From assembly GCA_028711705.1 (NCBI GenBank), contig JAQTRS010000002.1:137617-201616 (forward strand): DNA of 64,000 nt. The letters run 5' to 3'. The notes under the pieces were generated by a model. That model was not told the origin of the DNA and did not search any database. It was given only the letters and a program-made list of their open reading frames with translations. Source of the DNA: Candidatus Moraniibacteriota bacterium. Its GTDB lineage: Bacteria > Patescibacteriota > Minisyncoccia > Moranbacterales > UBA1568. Both the position numbers and the translations under genes were made by a program. Below, in pieces: positions 61,373-64,000 of this stretch (position 1 is its first letter; each line of letters begins with the position of its first letter).

Positions 61373-62959
61373 TCAGAACCACGAGGATGTTTTTCGCAGC
61401 ACCTCTCCTGAACGCTTGCCGGTATAGACACCGTTATCGATAGAGACTTCCCCGTTGATAAGCACCCACTCCATACCGCGAGCATACTGATACGGATTCT
61501 CAGACGTTGCCGGCGATGCTATATGGGACGGGTGAAACACCACTATATCAGCATAATTTCCCTTGCGCAAGATGCCTCGATCTTTAAGTCCGAACTTCTT
61601 TGCAGGCTTGCCGCTCATCTTATGAATCGCCTCCTCCCAGCTGAGAAGTTTTTTTTGCCTTACATGGTGGGAAAGTACCAAAGGGAATGTCCCGAAGCTT
61701 CGCGGATGCACCCGCTCTCCCGTGCTCTGATAGTCAGTCGAATACCCGGAACCATTGGTGCTGATGATGGAAAAGGGGTGCTGTATCGCCTTCTCGATAT
61801 TCTCCTCGCTCACCACTTCCATAGAGGCCACAGCCCGTCCACCGCTTCCGATGAGCACAGAGATAAGCGCTTCTTCCGGCGACATATTCTGATTCTTGGC
61901 GATAGCGGCGATGCTTTGATGCACCAGAATCTGATTCAATGGCGATGTCAGGATCACGATTTTGGAATAATCTCTTTTTTTCTCACGCAGCTCGATGACC
62001 ACCTCGTTCTTGATTTCGGGATCCTTCAACCGTTCAAGCATCATCCGTTTCCCGCCCTCGGTCACCCATTCGGGCAGAAGTGTGTACAAAACGGTTCCCG
62101 TCACGACATACGGGTACACATCGAACGTGACATCGACACCGCCCGACTGCGCCGACTCGATAAGATAGAGCGCCTGCTCCATCAGGTGCCAGTGCTCCTC
62201 GCCCACTGCCTTCAAATGTGAGAGGTGCAATCGGCAACCGGTTGTGCGAGCGATGGCAAGCGCCTCCTGGATAGACTCCAAAAGATGCGCCGACTCATCC
62301 CGCAAGTGCACCGTGTACACGCCGTCTTCTTTCTCCACCAGTTCTCCCAAGGCGGCGAGCTCGTTTGCGGAAGCGTGCCTGGCATGCGTATATTCCAATC
62401 CCAAAGAACAGCCGTATGATCCGTCGCGAAGCGAGCGCTTGAGCATCACGCTCATCGATGCCAATTCATCGGAGCGAAGCGGCCGCGCCTCATCCTTGAT
62501 GAGGCCGCGACGCAGCGTCCCGTGCCCTGAAAGCGTCGCAAAATTCACCGAAAGGGCATGCTGTTCTATGTGCGTCAAAAACTCTTTCATCGAGAGCCAG
62601 TTGAGATTGATTTTCCGGATATCGGCCCATTTCTGAATGGACTGCAGCATGGAGGCGTTAACCAAGGGTGCCAGCGATGATCCGCAATTGCCTCCCACAA
62701 TCGTCGTAATACCCTGATATACCAGACTCTCCAGATGCGGGTTGGAAAATATCTGCCAGTACGTGTCGGAGTGATTATTGACATCGATGAATCCAGGCGC
62801 GACATATCGATCCGTCGCATCGATAACGCGCTTTGCCGATTCATCGTGAAGGTCACCGATAAATGTGATCATCTCTTCCTTCACGCCCACATCGGCGCGA
62901 AACATGCGGCCGCCCGCACCATCGATAACCGTTCCGTTTTTTATGATAACATCGTACAT
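61373..62959 (-). CDS. N-acyl-D-amino-acid deacylase (D-aminoacylase) family amidohydrolase
   Basis: APGFIDVNNHSD, GNCGSS, HLRDE, SHLK and HPRSFGTFP motifs. Confidence 0.9.
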   Translation of the reverse strand: MYDVIIKNGTVIDGAGGRMFRADVGVKEEMITFIGDLHDESAKRVIDATDRYVAPGFIDVNNHSDTYWQIFSNPHLESLVYQGITTIVGGNCGSSLAPLVNASMLQSIQKWADIRKINLNWLSMKEFLTHIEQHALSVNFATLSGHGTLRRGLIKDEARPLRSDELASMSVMLKRSLRDGSYGCSLGLEYTHARHASANELAALGELVEKEDGVYTVHLRDESAHLLESIQEALAIARTTGCRLHLSHLKAVGEEHWHLMEQALYLIESAQSGGVDVTFDVYPYVVTGTVLYTLLPEWVTEGGKRMMLERLKDPEIKNEVVIELREKKRDYSKIVILTSPLNQILVHQSIAAIAKNQNMSPEEALISVLIGSGGRAVASMEVVSEENIEKAIQHPFSIISTNGSGYSTDYQSTGERVHPRSFGTFPLVLSHHVRQKKLLSWEEAIHKMSGKPAKKFGLKDRGILRKGNYADIVVFHPSHIASPATSENPYQYARGMEWVLINGEVSIDNGVYTGKRSGEVLRKTSSWF

Positions 62960-62968
62960 ATTTTTTTC

Positions 62969-63967
62969 CTAAGCGATCAATTGGGCCATTTCGACAAGAC
63001 GGTTGGAATAGCCCCACTCATTGTCATACCATGCCACTATCTTGACCAGGTTCCCACCCACTACTTTCGTGAGCGACAGATCGGCGATGCTTGAATATGG
63101 ATTGCCGATAAAGTCGGATGAGACTAACGGCTCATCGGTAATGCTGAATATGCCCTGATACGAAGGCTCTTGTGCAGCCGCCCGAAGCGCCGCATTGATT
63201 TCCTCCACTGTCGCATCGCGCTTGAGTAAGAACGTGAAATCCGTCAGCGACACCACGATAGTCGGAACCCTCACCGCCAAGCCGTCAAAAAGACCGGCGA
63301 GTTCCGGTATGACCTCGGTCACCGCGATGGCGGCACCGGTCGTCGTCGGTACGATATTTTCAGCCGCCGCGCGTCCTCGGCGCCAATCCTTGTGCGGCCC
63401 GTCCTGCAGGTTCTGGTCCGCGGTATAGGAATGGATCGTCGTCATGAGCGCCTTTTCGATACCGAAAGCCTTCTGGACAATCTTGGCGACGGGCGCGATG
63501 CAATTGGTCGTACAGGAAGCATTGGAAAGGATTTCCTGATCGGAAGCATACTGATCATCATTGACGCCCAAAAGAAAGGTCGGAACATCCCCACCCTCTT
63601 TGGCGGGCGCCGAAAGAATCACTTTCTTCGCACCGGCCTGTATGTGTGCCCGCATCGCATCACCATTTACGAAACGCCCCGTGCACTCGAGCACGACATC
63701 CACCGACAAATCACCCCATGGCAACTGCTTAGGGTCGGGCTGCGCGTATACCGGAATGATCTTACCATTGACAATCAGACTGTTCTCACCCGCCTCCACG
63801 CTGTAGTGATAGCGTCCATAGGCGGTATCATAGCGTAAAAGGTGCGCTAATGTCTTCGCGTCCGTCAGGTCGTTGATGGCCACCACCTCGATATCGTTTT
63901 TGGTAAAAGCGATCTTGAAGGCGGCGCGTCCGATACGACCAAAACCATTGATTGCGATTTTTTTCAT
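62969..63967 (-). CDS. gap: Type I glyceraldehyde-3-phosphate dehydrogenase
   Basis: INGFGRIGR, SNASCTTNC and WYDNEWGYS motifs. Confidence 0.98.
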   Translation of the reverse strand: MKKIAINGFGRIGRAAFKIAFTKNDIEVVAINDLTDAKTLAHLLRYDTAYGRYHYSVEAGENSLIVNGKIIPVYAQPDPKQLPWGDLSVDVVLECTGRFVNGDAMRAHIQAGAKKVILSAPAKEGGDVPTFLLGVNDDQYASDQEILSNASCTTNCIAPVAKIVQKAFGIEKALMTTIHSYTADQNLQDGPHKDWRRGRAAAENIVPTTTGAAIAVTEVIPELAGLFDGLAVRVPTIVVSLTDFTFLLKRDATVEEINAALRAAAQEPSYQGIFSITDEPLVSSDFIGNPYSSIADLSLTKVVGGNLVKIVAWYDNEWGYSNRLVEMAQLIA

Positions 63968-64000
63968 AGGTGTTTTTATTTTTACGTATATATCATCATG

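Noticed and set aside
62959-62971. Genome-wide TAG reassignment as the explanation for the holB stop
   Set aside because: TAG ends gap, murA, atpC and ftsQ at expected lengths; readthrough at gap would fuse it in frame to the D-aminoacylase; no other interrupted genes were seen

Overview
A gene-dense, mostly minus-strand bacterial chromosome segment. Its gene content, few Shine-Dalgarno motifs on core genes, truncated TsaB, Nudix-inserted LeuRS and VirD4-like cluster suggest a Patescibacteria/CPR (Parcubacteria-like) genome; this taxonomy is inference. Core genes: VirD4/TraG-like ATPase (partial), three GT39/ArnT-like and two GT4 glycosyltransferases, ftsQ-like, holB (interrupted by an in-frame TAG), mreB, murA, rpoBC, glmS, yvcK, leuS, the atpBEFHAGDC genes, tRNA-Glu, typA, trxB, murD and gap. 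The most unusual signal is a set of small, AT-rich, self-contained expression cassettes inserted against the direction of core operons. Each has a sigma70-like promoter, a leader with a strong SD, a variable small (usually membrane) ORF and a conserved 3' hairpin. Two pairs split the ATP synthase operon and share leader and 3' structures (with a compensatory base change), and one pair is delimited by REP-like palindromes. A second duplicated scaffold sits between the GT4 genes and mreB. Palindromic and 7-nt periodic repeats also occur in frame inside leuS, atpD, a GT4 gene and possibly atpG. No CRISPR array, rRNA, integrase or transposase was recognised.
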